64,000 nt of DNA from Blastocatellia bacterium (GCA_035652355.1 DASRDY010000285.1:24300-88299), one strand, 5' to 3'. Shown: positions 10,216 through 21,102, numbered from the stretch's first letter. Notes: generated by a model not told the origin, from the sequence alone. A program made the numbers and translations.

Positions 10216-11022
10216 ATGAGAGAGCAGGCAATCGAAAAATATAAACAAACCCACGAGCCTTTTTACATTTCTACTGCCAACGAAACTGACCTTTTCTTAG
10301 CCGCCCATAAAACGAAATTGCCGGTGATGTTGAAAGGTCCCACGGGATGCGGCAAGACGCGTTTCGTCGAATACATGGCTTGGCGTTTGAACCGTCCGCT
10401 TATAACAGTTGCATGCCACGAAGACCTGTCGGCAACAGACCTTGTCGGACGCTATCTGCTTGAGGGTGAAGACACGGTTTGGCACGACGGTCCCCTGACA
10501 ACCGCAGTTAAAAACGGAGCAATTTGCTATCTGGATGAGGTCGTCGAAGCTCGAAAAGACACTATCGTCCTTATCCACCCATTGACTGACGACCGGCGAA
10601 TCTTACCGGTTGAAAAGCTGGGCATCATCCTTGAAGCCCCTGACGAATTCATGCTGGTAGTTTCTTATAACCCGGGTTATCAGAGCGTCGTCAAGGATTT
10701 GAAACAATCGACCCGGCAGCGCTTTGTCAGCCTGGAATTTGATTACCCGAGCGTCACGAATGAAATCGCAATCGTCGCGCGGGAAGGGGGCATTGATGAA
10801 GCGACGGCTCGCGATCTGGTCGTGATCGGGCAAAAAGTGCGTAACTTGAAGGGTCACGGGTTAGAGGAAGGCGTTTCAACGCGTCTTCTGGTCTATGCTG
10901 CTCAATTGATAAGCAAAGGTATCCCTGCGCAGTCGGCATGTGAAGTCGCCATTATGAGCCCAATTACCGACGACAACGAACTCCAGCGGAGTATACGCGA
11001 AATCATAACAACCGTGATTTAG
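10216..11022 (+). CDS. MoxR-class AAA+ ATPase of the CbbQ/NirQ/NorQ/GpvN type
   Basis: Walker [13 protein letters not shown] and Walker [12 protein letters not shown] are present. The 268-aa length and overall pattern ([19 protein letters not shown]) fit CbbQ/NorQ. Confidence 0.85.
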   Translation: MREQAIEKYKQTHEPFYISTANETDLFLAAHKTKLPVMLKGPTGCGKTRFVEYMAWRLNRPLITVACHEDLSATDLVGRYLLEGEDTVWHDGPLTTAVKNGAICYLDEVVEARKDTIVLIHPLTDDRRILPVEKLGIILEAPDEFMLVVSYNPGYQSVVKDLKQSTRQRFVSLEFDYPSVTNEIAIVAREGGIDEATARDLVVIGQKVRNLKGHGLEEGVSTRLLVYAAQLISKGIPAQSACEVAIMSPITDDNELQRSIREIITTVI

Positions 11023-11027
11023 AGGCA

Positions 11028-11104
11028 GTGGTCGGTGGTCAGTGGTCGGGGATCAGCAAAGAAAATTATTAAAAACTGATCCCTGACCACTGATCACCGA
11101 CCAC
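11028..11104 (+). promoter_or_regulatory. Very long intercistronic hairpin (29-bp stem, 19-nt A/T-rich loop)
   Basis: Left arm 11028-11056 (GTGGTCGGTGGTCAGTGGTCGGGGATCAG) pairs with right arm 11076-11104 (CTGATCCCTGACCACTGATCACCGACCAC): 27 Watson-Crick plus 2 G.U pairs. The right arm ends 12 nt before ATG 11117, and there is no Shine-Dalgarno sequence in between. Confidence 0.75.
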
Positions 11105-11116
11105 CGACCACCGTTT

Positions 11117-14100
11117 ATGGATAGCAAGAACAAGATCAACGACACACTGAAAAAACACCTGAAAGGTGTCGCTGATTCGACAATCGAGAATTTGAGCGAT
11201 CGCCTTGGCGCGCAATCAGTCGAGCGCACCTGGCTGATGATGGATTTTGGCGCATCGCTGGCCGGTTATTCGCTCCGCCTCGCGGTTGAGTTTCTTCGCG
11301 CGGCCCCTGAAATTGCGAAATACACCGATAACAACGATGTCCGCAAATGGAGTGAAATCGGCAAACGCCTCGCTTCAACTTCGACGGATGTTGCCATCGA
11401 ATTCTTTCAGTCAAGCGTCGCGGTTCTTGCGCCATTAACACCCGCACAGCGGTCGCAGATTCTCGATTTGGTCAATAAGCAGTCGACTTTGTCCGCGAGC
11501 ATTGCGCTTGAATCATTCCGCTCGGCTACCGCTATCATTAAAGAACTGCCCAATGAGGCAGAAGCCAACGAGATCCTCGAGATCTGCTACGAAATCGCGC
11601 GTCATTCGGTCAAACACAGCAGCGATCTATTGAAAGAAGCTCCCGTCGTTACTGCTCATCTCCACAAGCTCGATGGCGGAAGCGGACTCACAGACAAGGC
11701 GTTGAAATTGACAATGGCATTCGCTTTCCGCAGCGGCGGAACGGCGGCCGAGTTTTTTAGTGCATTGCCCGAAGTTCTTTCGACTGATGACAGCGGGTCG
11801 TATTTGCGACTTTTCGAGCATACCAGCATGTTTCTTGAGCGCGGCGGCGGAGTCGCTCTGCAGTATTTCCGCGCCGCCGGAATTGTTCTGAACAACGCCG
11901 GATTGAACGCGTTTGAACGCTGGACCTTGTTATGCCAGTCTGTGGCGGCGCAGGGAAACGCCGCCAGTTATCATTTCCTGAAGGCGAGTCCAAAGATAAT
12001 CACCGACCTGACCGCTCAGGCGGGCAAGCAGAAAGCGTCCGAGCTTATCAACGGCGTGTTGGAAATCGTGGAAGAGGTCGGGCAAAAGAACACCGACGCT
12101 GCCGTCGAGTGTTTCAAGGCCAGTCCTCAGGCGCTACACTCCGCCAGTCTTCAGCAATTTCGCGAATGGGCACTGCGCGGGATCGGTCTCTATGCGAAAA
12201 GCACGCGCCGCGCGCAGGCGTATTATGCGCTGGAATCAAAAAGCAGCCAGGATACGCTTCAGGCTGTTGACGGTGGCTTAACTCTCGAATCGATTGCGCA
12301 AACATTGCGCCTGTATGTTGAAGGTTTGACCGGCCGTGTATTTGTTATCGCTCCTCTTACAGCGATTCCGGACGAAGCCAAAATCGGCGATGGACGCACT
12401 ATCCATTTGCCCTCCGTCGTTGCCGAATTTCCGACCGAAGCCGAGAACTTTCGATTGTACAAGGTTCTTGCTGCGCACGCCGCCGGGCAGGTTGAATTCG
12501 AAACCTACGCAACGAACACTCCGGAATTGTCTGCTGCATTAACCGACGTTATTCAGACTTTTGTTACCGACCCGAGGAAAGTTGCGCAGACAATCGAGCA
12601 AAAAATAAAAGAAGAGCAGGAACGAGCCGCAAACCAGAAAGATTCCAGCAAAAAGAAAACCCGGCAAAACGGTAACGGAACTGCTCTGCAGAATATAGAT
12701 TTCTCTAGAATACTGCGCGAATTTCCGTACCCCGGAGTAGCGACAAGAATCTTTGCAACAATCGAAAACGGCCGAATTGATCGTCGATTGCGTTATGCCT
12801 ATCGCGGGATTCGCAGAGATTTGGATTTCGTTCGCGAGCGTCTGATACAGCGTCGGCCGAGCATTACAGATGTTCCGCCGCAAATGCTGCTGTTCGAGCT
12901 TTTGTTTCAGATCGCTCTTTGCGGTGGCGCGAGCGATGAAGCGCGAATGCATTTCGGCAAAATCATCACCTTGCTGGAAGACACAGTTGAATCGCATATC
13001 AACTCGCCGACAGCGTCGGTTGCAGACACTGTAATCGCCACTTTGCGTGTGTATGAAATGCTGGAAAAGCAACCTGATCAGGAACAATCGAAAGAAGGCG
13101 AGGGCAACGAGAACCAGCAGGACAGCGAAGGTGAAGAATCTTCTTCAGCTGACGCTACGACCGGAGAAGGCAAAGACGCTGCAGATGGAACGGACCCGTT
13201 GTCGTTCTGGACAGTAGATCAGTTGTCGGACTCTTCGCAGGAAGAGAAGACCAGCGCACTGTTTGAGACAACCGAATCGCCGGAGCAGGATTTGGAGCCC
13301 GGCGATAAGGCTTTCTATTACGATGAATGGGATCGCGAGTTAAGCGATTATCGCACGAAGTGGTGTCGGGTGATCCAACGTCGCAGTACGCGTGGCTCTC
13401 GCCAGTTTGTTGAAAAGACCCGAAGCCATTACGCCGGGGTTATCTCCTCGATTCGTTATCAGTTTCAGTTGTTGAAACTGGAGAGTCTGCGTCGCGTGTA
13501 CAACGAACTGGATGGTGAGGATTTCGATCTGCAATCAGTTATTCAATACATAGTTGATCGTCGAACAACCGGCAAAGTGTCAGAGCGACTCTACATTCGG
13601 AAACTTCGTCGCGAACGCGACGTCGCGGTCGGATTCCTTTTGGATATGTCCAGCTCGACTGCGCGAACGGTGGGCCGACACCCGAAACAACCTTATACAA
13701 AACCAGGACAGCGCATTATCGATATCGAAAAAGAAGGACTTGTATTGATGAGCGAGGCCCTGGAAGCCGTAGGTGATGCCTACGCGATGTACGGCTTCAC
13801 CAGTGAAGGCCGCCACAACGTGAAATTCTATGTGATTAAAGAATTTGGCGAACAGTATTCGGCCGAAGTCGAACGTCGCATAGGCGGAATCAGTTATCAG
13901 AACAATACTCGACTTGGCGCTGCGATTCGCCATTCGGCCGCGCATTTGCAGAAAGAATCAGCGCGGACAAAACTGCTGATTATTCTCAGCGATGGTCGAC
14001 CTTACGATCACGATTATGGCGACACGCGTTATGCTCGTGAAGACACAAAGATGGCCTTGCGGCAGGCGCGAATCAGCGGAATCACGCCGTTCTGCATCAC

Positions 14101-14224
14101 GATTGAGCGTGAAGGTGAAGATCAGTTAAAGGACATGTACGGCGAAGTCGGCTATACGATTATAGACAACGTGCTGTCGTTGCCGGAACGCTTGCCAGGC
14201 ATCTATCGCCGACTGACGACCTGA
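11117..14224 (+). CDS. VWA-domain protein, CbbO/NorD-like partner of the AAA+ ATPase, with a long N-terminal extension
   Basis: The C-terminal VWA domain has a MIDAS DxSxS motif ([11 protein letters not shown]) and [12 protein letters not shown]. There is an acidic low-complexity linker ([31 protein letters not shown]). It follows a CbbQ/NorQ-type gene, the canonical pairing. Confidence 0.75.
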   Translation: MDSKNKINDTLKKHLKGVADSTIENLSDRLGAQSVERTWLMMDFGASLAGYSLRLAVEFLRAAPEIAKYTDNNDVRKWSEIGKRLASTSTDVAIEFFQSSVAVLAPLTPAQRSQILDLVNKQSTLSASIALESFRSATAIIKELPNEAEANEILEICYEIARHSVKHSSDLLKEAPVVTAHLHKLDGGSGLTDKALKLTMAFAFRSGGTAAEFFSALPEVLSTDDSGSYLRLFEHTSMFLERGGGVALQYFRAAGIVLNNAGLNAFERWTLLCQSVAAQGNAASYHFLKASPKIITDLTAQAGKQKASELINGVLEIVEEVGQKNTDAAVECFKASPQALHSASLQQFREWALRGIGLYAKSTRRAQAYYALESKSSQDTLQAVDGGLTLESIAQTLRLYVEGLTGRVFVIAPLTAIPDEAKIGDGRTIHLPSVVAEFPTEAENFRLYKVLAAHAAGQVEFETYATNTPELSAALTDVIQTFVTDPRKVAQTIEQKIKEEQERAANQKDSSKKKTRQNGNGTALQNIDFSRILREFPYPGVATRIFATIENGRIDRRLRYAYRGIRRDLDFVRERLIQRRPSITDVPPQMLLFELLFQIALCGGASDEARMHFGKIITLLEDTVESHINSPTASVADTVIATLRVYEMLEKQPDQEQSKEGEGNENQQDSEGEESSSADATTGEGKDAADGTDPLSFWTVDQLSDSSQEEKTSALFETTESPEQDLEPGDKAFYYDEWDRELSDYRTKWCRVIQRRSTRGSRQFVEKTRSHYAGVISSIRYQFQLLKLESLRRVYNELDGEDFDLQSVIQYIVDRRTTGKVSERLYIRKLRRERDVAVGFLLDMSSSTARTVGRHPKQPYTKPGQRIIDIEKEGLVLMSEALEAVGDAYAMYGFTSEGRHNVKFYVIKEFGEQYSAEVERRIGGISYQNNTRLGAAIRHSAAHLQKESARTKLLIILSDGRPYDHDYGDTRYAREDTKMALRQARISGITPFCITIEREGEDQLKDMYGEVGYTIIDNVLSLPERLPGIYRRLTT

Positions 14225-14289
14225 TCGTCGGTTCCAGGCGCGATACCACAACTGTTACTGACGGCATGCACTTTTCGCGATACCTAAGA

Positions 14290-16233
14290 TTAAGCCGATG
14301 CGGTAAATATCGCTGCCAGATCTTCAATCCTCGAGGTTATTCTGCAATGCGGAAGACTTTCAAGGAAGATGCGACCGTATGCCTTTGTGCGCAGCCGGGG
14401 ATCAAGCACAGACAGGACGCCGCGGTCGGTTGTGCTCCTGATCAGTCGACCCAAACCCTGCTTCAGTGTGATTACTGCTTCCGGAACCGAGTATTCGAGG
14501 AAGGAATTCCCGCCGTGCGACTCTATATATTTTTGACGAGCGGCAACCACCGGATCGCTTGGAACGGCAAAAGGCAATTTGTCAATGATCACGCAGGAGA
14601 GCGCTTCGCCCTGCACATCTACACCCTGCCAGAAGCTGGATGTGGCAAACAAAACCGAATTCGGGGTCTTCTTGAACTTCTCGAGCAGCCCCGTCTTTGA
14701 ACCCTGGCCCTGGATCAGAAGAGGGAAATCGACCATTTCAGCAACCAGTTTGTATGCTTCGCGCATGGCGGTGACGCTGGTGAACAACACGAATGCGCGA
14801 CCAGAGGTTACTTCCAGCAGTTTCACTATTTCGTCGACGGCAGCAGACATATATTGCGGGCTTCTTGGGTCAGGCATTCGCGGAGGAAGATAAAGAATCG
14901 ACTGATTTTCAAAATCGAAATGCGAATCGATTATCAGCTCATCAGCTTGTTCAATACCTAATCGTGAGCGAATGAATTGAAAGCTGCCACCCGTAGTCAA
15001 CGTCGCCGAAGTCAGGATCGCCGTATTAACCTTTTCAAAGAGCCGTTCCGATAACAGCCCAGACACATCGATCGGCGTTGCCTGAAGGAAGACGCCGCGA
15101 CCACGACGCTCGTACCAGTAAACGAACGTCGGATCATCGCCGGTGACGATGAACTCCATTTCGTTCTTTATCTGCTTTGCGCGTCGCACCAGAGTTTCTA
15201 TCTCTGGCGGCGCTTCTTTGATTCCGGTTAAGGTGGCAATCATGCTATCGAGCGTGTTATCAACCGCGAGATAACTTTCGCCGGCCGCGCTCGGAGCGCG
15301 GCTTTCTCGATCATCGCGAAAGAAATGACTTCTCGGCAGCGCGTAGCGTCCATCATATATCTCTGCGCTGTGAAGAAAAGTCAGGAAGAACCGGTCGCTG
15401 CGTTGTTGCAATCGCGCGCAAACTCGGGCCAGTTCCGAATTGACGTCGGCATCCGGAATAAAAGTCAGGGTGACATCACGAACCAGATCAGCGATTCGAT
15501 AGTTGCTGACCTGCGCGCCGAAATAGTTAGCGGCTATGTCTTCGATCTCGTGGGCTTCATCAAAGATAACGATGTCGTAATCGGGAAGCACCGCTCCGTA
15601 ATCATTGTCGCGAAGCGCGAGATCAGCAAAGAACAGATGATGATTGACGATAACGATGTCGGAATCCAAAGCTCGCGTTCGCATTTTGGTGACAAAGCAC
15701 GGGTCGAAATCGGGACATTTCTGTCCTAGGCAGATTTCACCGCGAGCATCTATCGCATTCCAAAAGCTCAAATGCTCTGGCAGATCGACAAGCTCCGCCC
15801 GGTCGCCGATCTCGGTTGCCATCACCCATTTTCGAACGACGTCGAAATAATCGATATCTTCCAGACCCTCCAGGATCGGCATGTGCTCTGCCTTTTTCAG
15901 CCGGTAGAGGCAGGCGTAATTCGAGCGACCTTTCATATATGCGGCTCGGAATTTACGGGGAAGAATATCCTGTAAAAAGGGGATATCTTTGTGAAAGAGT
16001 TGTTCCTGCAAATTCTTCGTGCCCGTAGAGACAATGATCCGTTGTCCCGCCGCGATAGCGGGAATCAAATAGGCAAGCGTCTTTCCTGTCCCCGTTCCCG
16101 CCTCGACACACAGATGATGTCGATTTTCGATGGCGCGTTGAACTGCCTCAGCCATGACAATCTGACCGGGTCGGAATTCATAATTACTGTGGTGCTCGGC
16201 GATCAGACCACCGGGACCGAATACTGAGTGCAT
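14290..16233 (-). CDS. dinG: DinG/XPD-family ATP-dependent DNA helicase
   Basis: Walker A EAGTGTGKTLAYLIPA and DEAH box FDEAHEIED are present. The Cys cluster (ACLYRL, CLGQKCPDFDPCF) is consistent with the Fe-S domain. The C-terminal motif is SFWQGVDVQGEALSCVIIDKLPF. Confidence 0.85.
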   Translation of the reverse strand: MHSVFGPGGLIAEHHSNYEFRPGQIVMAEAVQRAIENRHHLCVEAGTGTGKTLAYLIPAIAAGQRIIVSTGTKNLQEQLFHKDIPFLQDILPRKFRAAYMKGRSNYACLYRLKKAEHMPILEGLEDIDYFDVVRKWVMATEIGDRAELVDLPEHLSFWNAIDARGEICLGQKCPDFDPCFVTKMRTRALDSDIVIVNHHLFFADLALRDNDYGAVLPDYDIVIFDEAHEIEDIAANYFGAQVSNYRIADLVRDVTLTFIPDADVNSELARVCARLQQRSDRFFLTFLHSAEIYDGRYALPRSHFFRDDRESRAPSAAGESYLAVDNTLDSMIATLTGIKEAPPEIETLVRRAKQIKNEMEFIVTGDDPTFVYWYERRGRGVFLQATPIDVSGLLSERLFEKVNTAILTSATLTTGGSFQFIRSRLGIEQADELIIDSHFDFENQSILYLPPRMPDPRSPQYMSAAVDEIVKLLEVTSGRAFVLFTSVTAMREAYKLVAEMVDFPLLIQGQGSKTGLLEKFKKTPNSVLFATSSFWQGVDVQGEALSCVIIDKLPFAVPSDPVVAARQKYIESHGGNSFLEYSVPEAVITLKQGLGRLIRSTTDRGVLSVLDPRLRTKAYGRIFLESLPHCRITSRIEDLAAIFTASA

Positions 16234-16389
16234 AGCGGATAAGTTTCGGGGCTGTGGGTGATACTGTCAAGGGTTCAGCGGCAAAGCTGTCATCGGTAAA
16301 GGAAAACTTGCGAATTTTAAAATAGTCTTCATAATTTTAAATAACTTCTCCCCGCAAAGACGGGCACCAAGCTAGTCAAGGGGAGGACG

Positions 16390-17337
16390 ATGTACCATCG
16401 GATTATCGATCTTGTCAGTATAAGTTCTGAGAGTTTCCATCGGCTAATTCTGACTTTTTCGTTTCTTATAGCGCTGGGGCTATTCCGTCTGATCGTTGAG
16501 CTGATCGGCCGGTTTGTGTTGCGTGGTCAGCACGAGCGAATGCGGTTCTGGCTGTGGCAAGTCATCAGCATGATCTCAGCGGTTGTGCTGGTGCTTGGAA
16601 TCGTTTCCATCTGGTTTGAAGATCCCAGGCGATTAACCACTGCAGTGGGACTCGTGACCGCAGGTGTGGCGTTCGCGCTGCAAAAGGTTATCACGGCTTT
16701 TGCAGGATATTTTGTGATTTTGCGTGGCAGGAACTTCACGATTGGCGATCGCATTGCGATGGGTGGCGTGCGCGGCGATGTTATGGCGCTAGGGTTTATG
16801 CAGACGACGATCATGGAGATGGGGCAGTCGCCGCCGGAACAGGAAGACGCTCCATCGGTGTGGATAAAAAGTCGACAGTACACGGGGCGAATCGTAACTG
16901 TCACCAACGATAAGATCTTTGAGCAACCTGTTTACAATTACACTCGCGAGTTTCCGTTTATCTGGGAAGAGATGACTCTTCCGATAGCCTACAAAGATAA
17001 TTACAAACGCGCGGAAGAGATCTTGTTGGAGGTCGCGGAACGTCACACGCAAAAAATGATAGAGCTGGCTGGTGAGGCGCTCGTGGAAATGAAGGAGCAC
17101 TATTACATGCATCCTTCGGTTATGAAACCGAAAGTGTATTACCGTCTTACCGACAACTGGATAGAGCTTGCGGTGCGTTTCATAACTACGACACCGGGAA
17201 CTCGCAGGATGAAGGACGCGATGAGTCGCGAGATACTGGCCGCACTCGAAGCGGCTAATATCGGGGTTGCTTCTTCGACATACGACATTGTGGGGTTTCC
17301 TCCGGTGCGTCTGCAACTGGAAAGGAAACCGAAGTAA
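16390..17337 (+). CDS. Mechanosensitive ion channel (MscS family) protein
   Basis: Three N-terminal TM helices are followed by the MscS beta-domain pattern FAGYFVILRGRNFTIGDRIAMGGVRGDVMALGFMQTTIME. Confidence 0.8.
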   Translation: MYHRIIDLVSISSESFHRLILTFSFLIALGLFRLIVELIGRFVLRGQHERMRFWLWQVISMISAVVLVLGIVSIWFEDPRRLTTAVGLVTAGVAFALQKVITAFAGYFVILRGRNFTIGDRIAMGGVRGDVMALGFMQTTIMEMGQSPPEQEDAPSVWIKSRQYTGRIVTVTNDKIFEQPVYNYTREFPFIWEEMTLPIAYKDNYKRAEEILLEVAERHTQKMIELAGEALVEMKEHYYMHPSVMKPKVYYRLTDNWIELAVRFITTTPGTRRMKDAMSREILAALEAANIGVASSTYDIVGFPPVRLQLERKPK

Positions 17338-17442
17338 CCCCGCAGCGTACGCATCTAGCATGCGTGGTTAATAAACAGGCCCGCTTTTGATAATAAAGAT
17401 CACCTGATGGGAGTTAAGCATCCGACGCGTGCTCTGCCAGGA

Positions 17443-20400
17443 TCAGGCAAACGCCTCGTTGACCAATTGGTGCTGTTCCATCTGGTGGATCGCGTAAACA
17501 CCGGTTGCAGGGCTCGCACTGCGTGCTCGACCAACGTATCTGACCGTGTAACCTTCGGGCAATACTTCATCGATACGCGGACGCACAAAAGTCCAGCCGC
17601 CCATATTCTTTGCCTCTTCCTGAACCCAGCGGAAATCCTTCGCTGAAGTAAAGGTCTTCAGGTAGCGCTCCATCATATTCTTCGGGAAAGGATAGAACTG
17701 TTCCAGGCGAACAATCGCGGTGCCGGTGTCTTTCAACTCCTGCCGTTTTGCATCAAGATCGTAATAAACTTTGCCGCTGCAGATCAGCACACGCTCAATT
17801 TGTGACGGATCCTTCACAATCGAGTCTTCGATGATCGGATTAAATCCGCCACTGGTGAACTCGTCGATTGGTGAAACCGCGTGCGGGTGACGCAGCAGAC
17901 TCTTTGGGGTCATCATTACCAAAGGCTTGCTGGGCGTCTGTTTGATTTGACGTCGCAGCACGTGAAAATATTGGGCCGGCGTCGAACAGTAAACGACCTG
18001 CATGTTGTCTTCAGCCGACAATTGCAGAAACCGTTCCAGTCGAGCGCTGGAATGTTCGGGGCCTTGACCTTCATAACCGTGCGGCAACAACATCACCAAT
18101 CTGCTCTTCTGATTCCATTTTTCTTCGCCTGCCGCGATGAACTGATCGACGATGACCTGAGCAACGTTCACGAAGTCGCCGAACTGCGCTTCCCACAAGG
18201 TCAATGTCTTTGGTGCGGCCACGCTGTAGCCATATTCGAAGCCGAGAACCCCTTGCTCCGACAATGAGCTGTCGAAAATCTCCAGACGCGCCTGGTCCGA
18301 TCTCATCTCTGCCAATGGAGTCCACGGCTGATCCGTCTGCGTATCGAACAGCACCATATGACGCTGACTGAACGTACCTCGACTGCTGTCCTCTCCCGTT
18401 AAGCGCACGGGAGTGCCTTCCAGCAACAGAGCGCCGAATGCGAGTGCTTCGGCAAACGCCCAATCTACAGGTACTTCGCCGGTCGCCATCTTTGCGCGAC
18501 GCGCGAGCAGCCCGACAACTTTTGGATTCAAATGAAAGCCTTTGGGAACGGTTGTCACAGCGCTGGCGATTGTTTGAAGCGTTCCCTGATCGACGTCGGT
18601 TTCAACCGTTTCGGTCTCGGCTTTCTCCTGAATGACGGGCGGGATCGTTATCGGTTGTCGACGGCTGACAATCTCCTTCGCGCCAAGATACGCGTTTTCA
18701 TAACGGCGATTGCGTTCGTCGTTTAATGCGTCGAACTCTTCCTGAGTATAAACGCCTTCTTTGACTAGTTTCTGTCCGTACAACATTCGCACACCCGGAT
18801 GCTCGCGGATGCGCTGGTACATGACGGGCTGTGTGTAGGACGGCTCGTCACCTTCATTGTGACCGTGACGCCGAAAACCAATCAGATCGATGACGACATC
18901 CTTATGGAACTTCATTCGATAGTCGAGCGCGATTCTCATCACATGATACGCGGCTTCCGGATCATCCGCGTTAACATGGAATATCGGGACCTGGATCATC
19001 TTCGCGACATCAGTGCTGTATAGCGATGAGCGAAGTTGCTCTGCCGGCGTCGTAAATCCAATCTGATTATTAACGATAATGTGAATAGTTCCACCGACAC
19101 GATAACCTTTCAGCTGAGAGAAATTCAGCGTCTCCGCCACTACTCCCTGACCGGAGAAGGCAGCATCGCCGTGAAGCAGGATAGGCATTGCCCTGTCATT
19201 GGCGCCATTCGCCCGACCGCCGAACAGCGTGTCTTGTTTAGCGCGAACTAATCCTTCCACTACGGGATCGACAAACTCGAGATGGCTGGGATTGAATGCA
19301 ACCGATAAAGCGATATTTCCGTATTCGGTCTCACGTTCGCCGCTGGCGCCCTGATGGTATTTTACGTCACCCTGATCTGATGGGAAATTTGGATGGACCG
19401 AGCCTTCAAAACTGGTGAAGATCCGCTCGCAGAAATGCCCAATCACATTGGCGATCACATTTAGCCGACCGCGATGCGACATTCCGATGGTTATGTCTTT
19501 GATCTCTCTTTCGGCGGCATGTTCGACCAGTTGATCCAGCAGCGCGACGGTCGTTTCCGTGCCTTCAACAGAGAAACGTTTTTGTCCAAGGTATTTTGTG
19601 CCCAGGAATTTTTCAAACAGCTCCGCCGAAATCAGCTTCCACAGGATACGTTTCCTGACCTCGACCGGTATTTCCGGTCGGGGTTCCTCAATGCGATCGC
19701 GCAGCCAGTCTTTTTCCGCAGGGCTCGAAATATTCCGATATTCAATTGCAATTGTGCCGCAGTATGCCTGTCGAAGTTTGGCTAGAATATCGCGCAGCGT
19801 CGCCTTTTCAACTCTGCCCAACCCGCCAGTGATGAATTCGCGATCGAGATCCCAGATCGTCAATCCGTAATACTCAATGTCCAGCTCGGGATGTTGTTGT
19901 ATGGCGGTGGCGCGGAGCGGATCGATATCGGCGATCATGTGACCGCGAACGCGGTAGGCATTTATCAATTCAATGACGCGAGCCTGTTTCTTAATCTCTT
20001 CCTGCCAGCGGTCGCCGCCAAGCAATGCAGGATTGCGATCAACAGCCCAGCGTAAAGGCTTGAACGGGATCTTCAGGTCGGCAAAGATCTCATCGTAGAA
20101 ATCATGTTTGCCCAGCAAATAGTCGCTAATCAGGGCAAGGAAAGCTCCGGATTCCGCACCTTGCACGATCCTGTGATCATAGGTGCTGGTAATCGTCATC
20201 ACCTTACTTATGCCAAGTTGCGAGAGCGCTTCGGGTGACATTGCCTGATATTCAGCCGGATATTCTATCGCGCCCGTTGCGATAATCAAACCCTGTCCCG
20301 ACATCAACCGAGGATTCGAAGCGTTAGTCCCGATTGTGCCAGGATTGGTCAGGCTTATAGTCGTTCCCTGGAAATCAGACACCTGAATCTTTCCATCGCG

Positions 20401-21102
20401 AGCGCGAAATACAATGTCGTCGTATGCGGCCAGCAATTGCGAAAAGGTGAGATGATTCGCGCCTTTGATATTCGGCACGAGTAACGTTCTGCTGCCGTCG
20501 CTTTTCGTCAGATCGATTGCTAATCCAAGGTTCACCTCAGATCGCTTTACTCGAAAAGCGCTCCCGTCGATAGCTTCGTAACCATCATTGAGCTGCGGGA
20601 ATTTCTGCAATGCCTTGATAATCGCCCATGCGATCAAATGAGTGTAAGAAGCCTTGCGTTTGCCATCGTGCTGTAATTGTTCATTGATCAAACGGCGATT
20701 TTCTTCCGCAACTTTCAATGGTATGTGTCGCTGCGAAGTCGCTGTCGGAACAGCAAGGCTCTGCTCCATATTCTCGGCGATCTTTAATGCGCCGCCTCGG
20801 ATGGGTACTTTGTCGCCCTCAAGCGAAATCTCTGCTTTTGGCGCAGGCCTGGTTTGAACCGGAGCAGGCGCTGACGCGACCGGTTCTGTTTTGGCCGCTC
20901 CTCCCCCGTTGGTCTCGCGCTTTGCTTTGCGGCTTGCTCCATCACTGTCGATAAGTCTTTCGAAATATTCGCGCCACTCTTCATCCACCAGCGCGGGATT
21001 TGCCTGAAATTGACTCAACAATTCTGCGACGTACGAGGCATTCGAGCCGAACTCAGCATCGATGATCTGAGTCAAGTCTGGTTCTTTCTGTCGTCTAGCC
21101 AC
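17443..21102 (-). CDS. odhA: Multifunctional 2-oxoglutarate dehydrogenase E1 with fused E2-type acyltransferase core (Kgd/OdhA type)
   Basis: The N-terminus FGSNASYVAELLSQFQANPALVDEEWREYF is SucA/Kgd-like. An internal 2-oxoacid dehydrogenase acyltransferase core carries TSTYDHRIVQGAESGAFL. The ThDP E1o region follows (MSHRGRLNVIANV, LLHGDAAFSGQGVV, RRHGHNEGDEPSYTQP). At 1219 aa it is far longer than the ~930 aa of plain SucA. Confidence 0.9.
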   Translation of the reverse strand: MARRQKEPDLTQIIDAEFGSNASYVAELLSQFQANPALVDEEWREYFERLIDSDGASRKAKRETNGGGAAKTEPVASAPAPVQTRPAPKAEISLEGDKVPIRGGALKIAENMEQSLAVPTATSQRHIPLKVAEENRRLINEQLQHDGKRKASYTHLIAWAIIKALQKFPQLNDGYEAIDGSAFRVKRSEVNLGLAIDLTKSDGSRTLLVPNIKGANHLTFSQLLAAYDDIVFRARDGKIQVSDFQGTTISLTNPGTIGTNASNPRLMSGQGLIIATGAIEYPAEYQAMSPEALSQLGISKVMTITSTYDHRIVQGAESGAFLALISDYLLGKHDFYDEIFADLKIPFKPLRWAVDRNPALLGGDRWQEEIKKQARVIELINAYRVRGHMIADIDPLRATAIQQHPELDIEYYGLTIWDLDREFITGGLGRVEKATLRDILAKLRQAYCGTIAIEYRNISSPAEKDWLRDRIEEPRPEIPVEVRKRILWKLISAELFEKFLGTKYLGQKRFSVEGTETTVALLDQLVEHAAEREIKDITIGMSHRGRLNVIANVIGHFCERIFTSFEGSVHPNFPSDQGDVKYHQGASGERETEYGNIALSVAFNPSHLEFVDPVVEGLVRAKQDTLFGGRANGANDRAMPILLHGDAAFSGQGVVAETLNFSQLKGYRVGGTIHIIVNNQIGFTTPAEQLRSSLYSTDVAKMIQVPIFHVNADDPEAAYHVMRIALDYRMKFHKDVVIDLIGFRRHGHNEGDEPSYTQPVMYQRIREHPGVRMLYGQKLVKEGVYTQEEFDALNDERNRRYENAYLGAKEIVSRRQPITIPPVIQEKAETETVETDVDQGTLQTIASAVTTVPKGFHLNPKVVGLLARRAKMATGEVPVDWAFAEALAFGALLLEGTPVRLTGEDSSRGTFSQRHMVLFDTQTDQPWTPLAEMRSDQARLEIFDSSLSEQGVLGFEYGYSVAAPKTLTLWEAQFGDFVNVAQVIVDQFIAAGEEKWNQKSRLVMLLPHGYEGQGPEHSSARLERFLQLSAEDNMQVVYCSTPAQYFHVLRRQIKQTPSKPLVMMTPKSLLRHPHAVSPIDEFTSGGFNPIIEDSIVKDPSQIERVLICSGKVYYDLDAKRQELKDTGTAIVRLEQFYPFPKNMMERYLKTFTSAKDFRWVQEEAKNMGGWTFVRPRIDEVLPEGYTVRYVGRARSASPATGVYAIHQMEQHQLVNEAFA

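Noticed and set aside
14266-16227. Several + strand ORFs (14266..14700 and 15325..15729, among others) antisense to the DinG-like helicase.
   Set aside because: The minus frame is a full-length helicase with all motifs. The + ORFs have no motifs or RBS.
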